NCBI RefSeq assembly: GCF_021869535.1
Contig: NW_026262668.1
Location: forward strand, 4,836,001-4,900,000
Origin: Mytilus californianus
Lineage: Eukaryota
DNA length: 64,000 bases
Direction of reading: 5' to 3'
Of the stretch, positions 62,387-64,000 are shown piece by piece (within the stretch, counting starts at the first letter, position 1; each line of letters opens with the position of its first letter). Position numbers and translations under genes: made by a program. The notes below the pieces were generated by a model. It was given only the letters and a program-made list of their open reading frames with translations, was not told the origin of the DNA and searched no databases.

Positions 62387-64000
62387 TATTAAAAAAAAAT
62401 CATTAGCTTTATACCTAACACTGCAATTTTTCATGCTTTAACTATGAAGTGGTCAATTATACCAATATATAATTATTTGACTTAGCCCTTTTGGCTGTTG
62501 GCGGCAATTTTGAATTTGGCGTTCATTATAGAATTTGTATAGATGGCTCCATATCCAAAAATGTTTCTAAGCATCATAACTAACGCTGTAAAAAGTTTCA
62601 TGCTTTTACCATAAAGTGATCAATTGTGCCAAAATATTACACTTTGCCATCTGTTTGTCTTTTTCTTTTTTAGCCATGGCGTTGTCAGTTGATTTTCGAC
62701 TTTGAGTTTGAATTTCCCTTTGGTATCCATCGCCTTTATGTTAGATTTGTATATTTTATCAAAGACAAACCGATTGCTTTCTGCTATTTTACAATCCAAG
62801 ATTGCAGAAGACTCCCAAATTATCTCAACAAATTAACTGAGTATTTAAAGAGATGTTAGGTGTTTTAGATTAGAACGTAATGCATTGTATACAACGGTAA
62901 TTTTAGTGTTATCTTATTTCATTCTTCAATACGTGCTATATAAGTATGACGTAGAGCAATTGTTGTATCTTGTAAACTTTTATTATTCTGTACACTTAAT
63001 AGCAAGCTTAAAACGCAGTTGCATCATACGACTTTGAAACTTCCATTATCATTTATAAGACTAGTAGCAAAACAAATAAACGTTGAAAGGCCAACTATGT
63101 TATCAAAAATTCCACTATGAAGTTCTTTGAGTACACACCCGTAGTAGTATGAATATATTGATATTTCAGCTGATCGTCAACATCATGGATTGTTTAGGCT
63201 GTTCGATTCTTACTCCCAAGTCTTTTGCTTTTTTTAGAATGAATTACCCGAGATCAGACGATGTAAATGACATCATTTAACGATGACGTAAAAATATAAG
63301 CATTCTATAGGAAAATGCACGAGTTTGAAACTGAAAATCATTAAAACATGCAAATATAAACAAAGAATGATAAGACTTTGTTGAAACCCCATTTTCTTAA
63401 ATAAAAGTAAGATAATCTATTACTTTCGTTTAAACCTGTCTACATAGCTTAAGATTTACCCGTATGCCTAGGAACTATTTTGTTTTAAATATGTACTACT
63501 TTCTAGTATGTTCTTTTTTTACCGGACCCGATTAGGTAGTGTTATATCTTATAAAGTCTATCTAACTTATTTTTGCAAAGAATTTAGGGCAAGGGACCGT
63601 CTTAAACTTGCAGTGAGGTAAGAGGTTTTGTTTTCTTCGTGTTGAAGGCCTCACTGTGACTTTAAGATGAAGAACAGCAATAAAAGCGCTATTCCTTTGC
63701 TTTTTGTATGTGTGTTTTTTTTTTGTGCATGTACTGGTTTTGAGTCATGGAAGGATACCCCATATCCTTTGTTTTCTATTAAGTATGTTGTTGTTAATCA
63801 TTTAAGCGTGTCACTTATTCTTTTCTTTTTTAGTATATTACGTCTATATTAATAGTACGTTCAATAACGGGAACATTAAACATTTCCCTTCAAATAAAGC
63901 GCTTCGAAACCAAAAACAAATAGAAATAATTCATGGGGGCTTGAATTAATATTGATTTTATCACCTGTTGGCCCTTTATTCTGATATTTTACCCTTCGTT

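Larger units (their letters stand above)
58919..64000. repeat. Direct tandem duplication, period 2636 bp (unit 1 ~58919-61551; unit 2 from ~61552 to the window end)
   Basis: All ORFs repeat at +2636. The only differences noticed were 60004 g/c, 60013 g/a, 60295 t/a, 61287 t/g, and (AAT)5 vs (AAT)6. Confidence 0.95.

Noticed and set aside
55340-64000. Search for gene 2 CTLD exons upstream of its PAN exon
   Set aside because: No minus-strand segment with CTLD motifs and compatible splice sites was found. The region is repeats and the tandem duplication, so these exons probably lie beyond the window.

Overview
This is AT-rich, intron-rich animal genomic DNA. Its repeat families suggest a bivalve mollusc, most likely a Mytilus mussel (inference). 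Almost all ORFs in the six-frame track are spurious, and the real genes only appear after manual splicing. Gene 1 (+ strand, 10 exons, 11935-36689, about 497 aa, signal-peptide exon not found) encodes a predicted type I membrane protein: C-type lectin domain (CTLD), CTLD, PAN/apple, Ser/Thr/acidic stalk, transmembrane (TM) helix, and a ~60-aa tail with two YxxI motifs, one of them ITIM-like (INYTDI). Gene 2 (- strand, 5 exons, 55339 down to 41934) is a convergent paralogue with matching exon phases. Its tail has both tyrosines replaced (Y>N, Y>H), and its 5' exons were not found in the window. The pair resembles a paired inhibitory/non-inhibitory lectin-like receptor locus, which is the most interesting feature here but remains a hypothesis. 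The rest is mobile DNA: decayed Penelope-like RTs (probably Naiad type) with many 3'-end copies, an L1/Tx1-like ORF2 remnant, a 3.1-kb CACTA element, several TA-flanked TIR elements, two families of ~350-bp hammerhead-motif (retrozyme-like) repeats, minisatellites, and a near-identical 2636-bp tandem duplication carrying a decayed transposase-like fragment. No rRNA, tRNA or CRISPR was seen. Coordinates were counted by hand; repeat boundaries are approximate.
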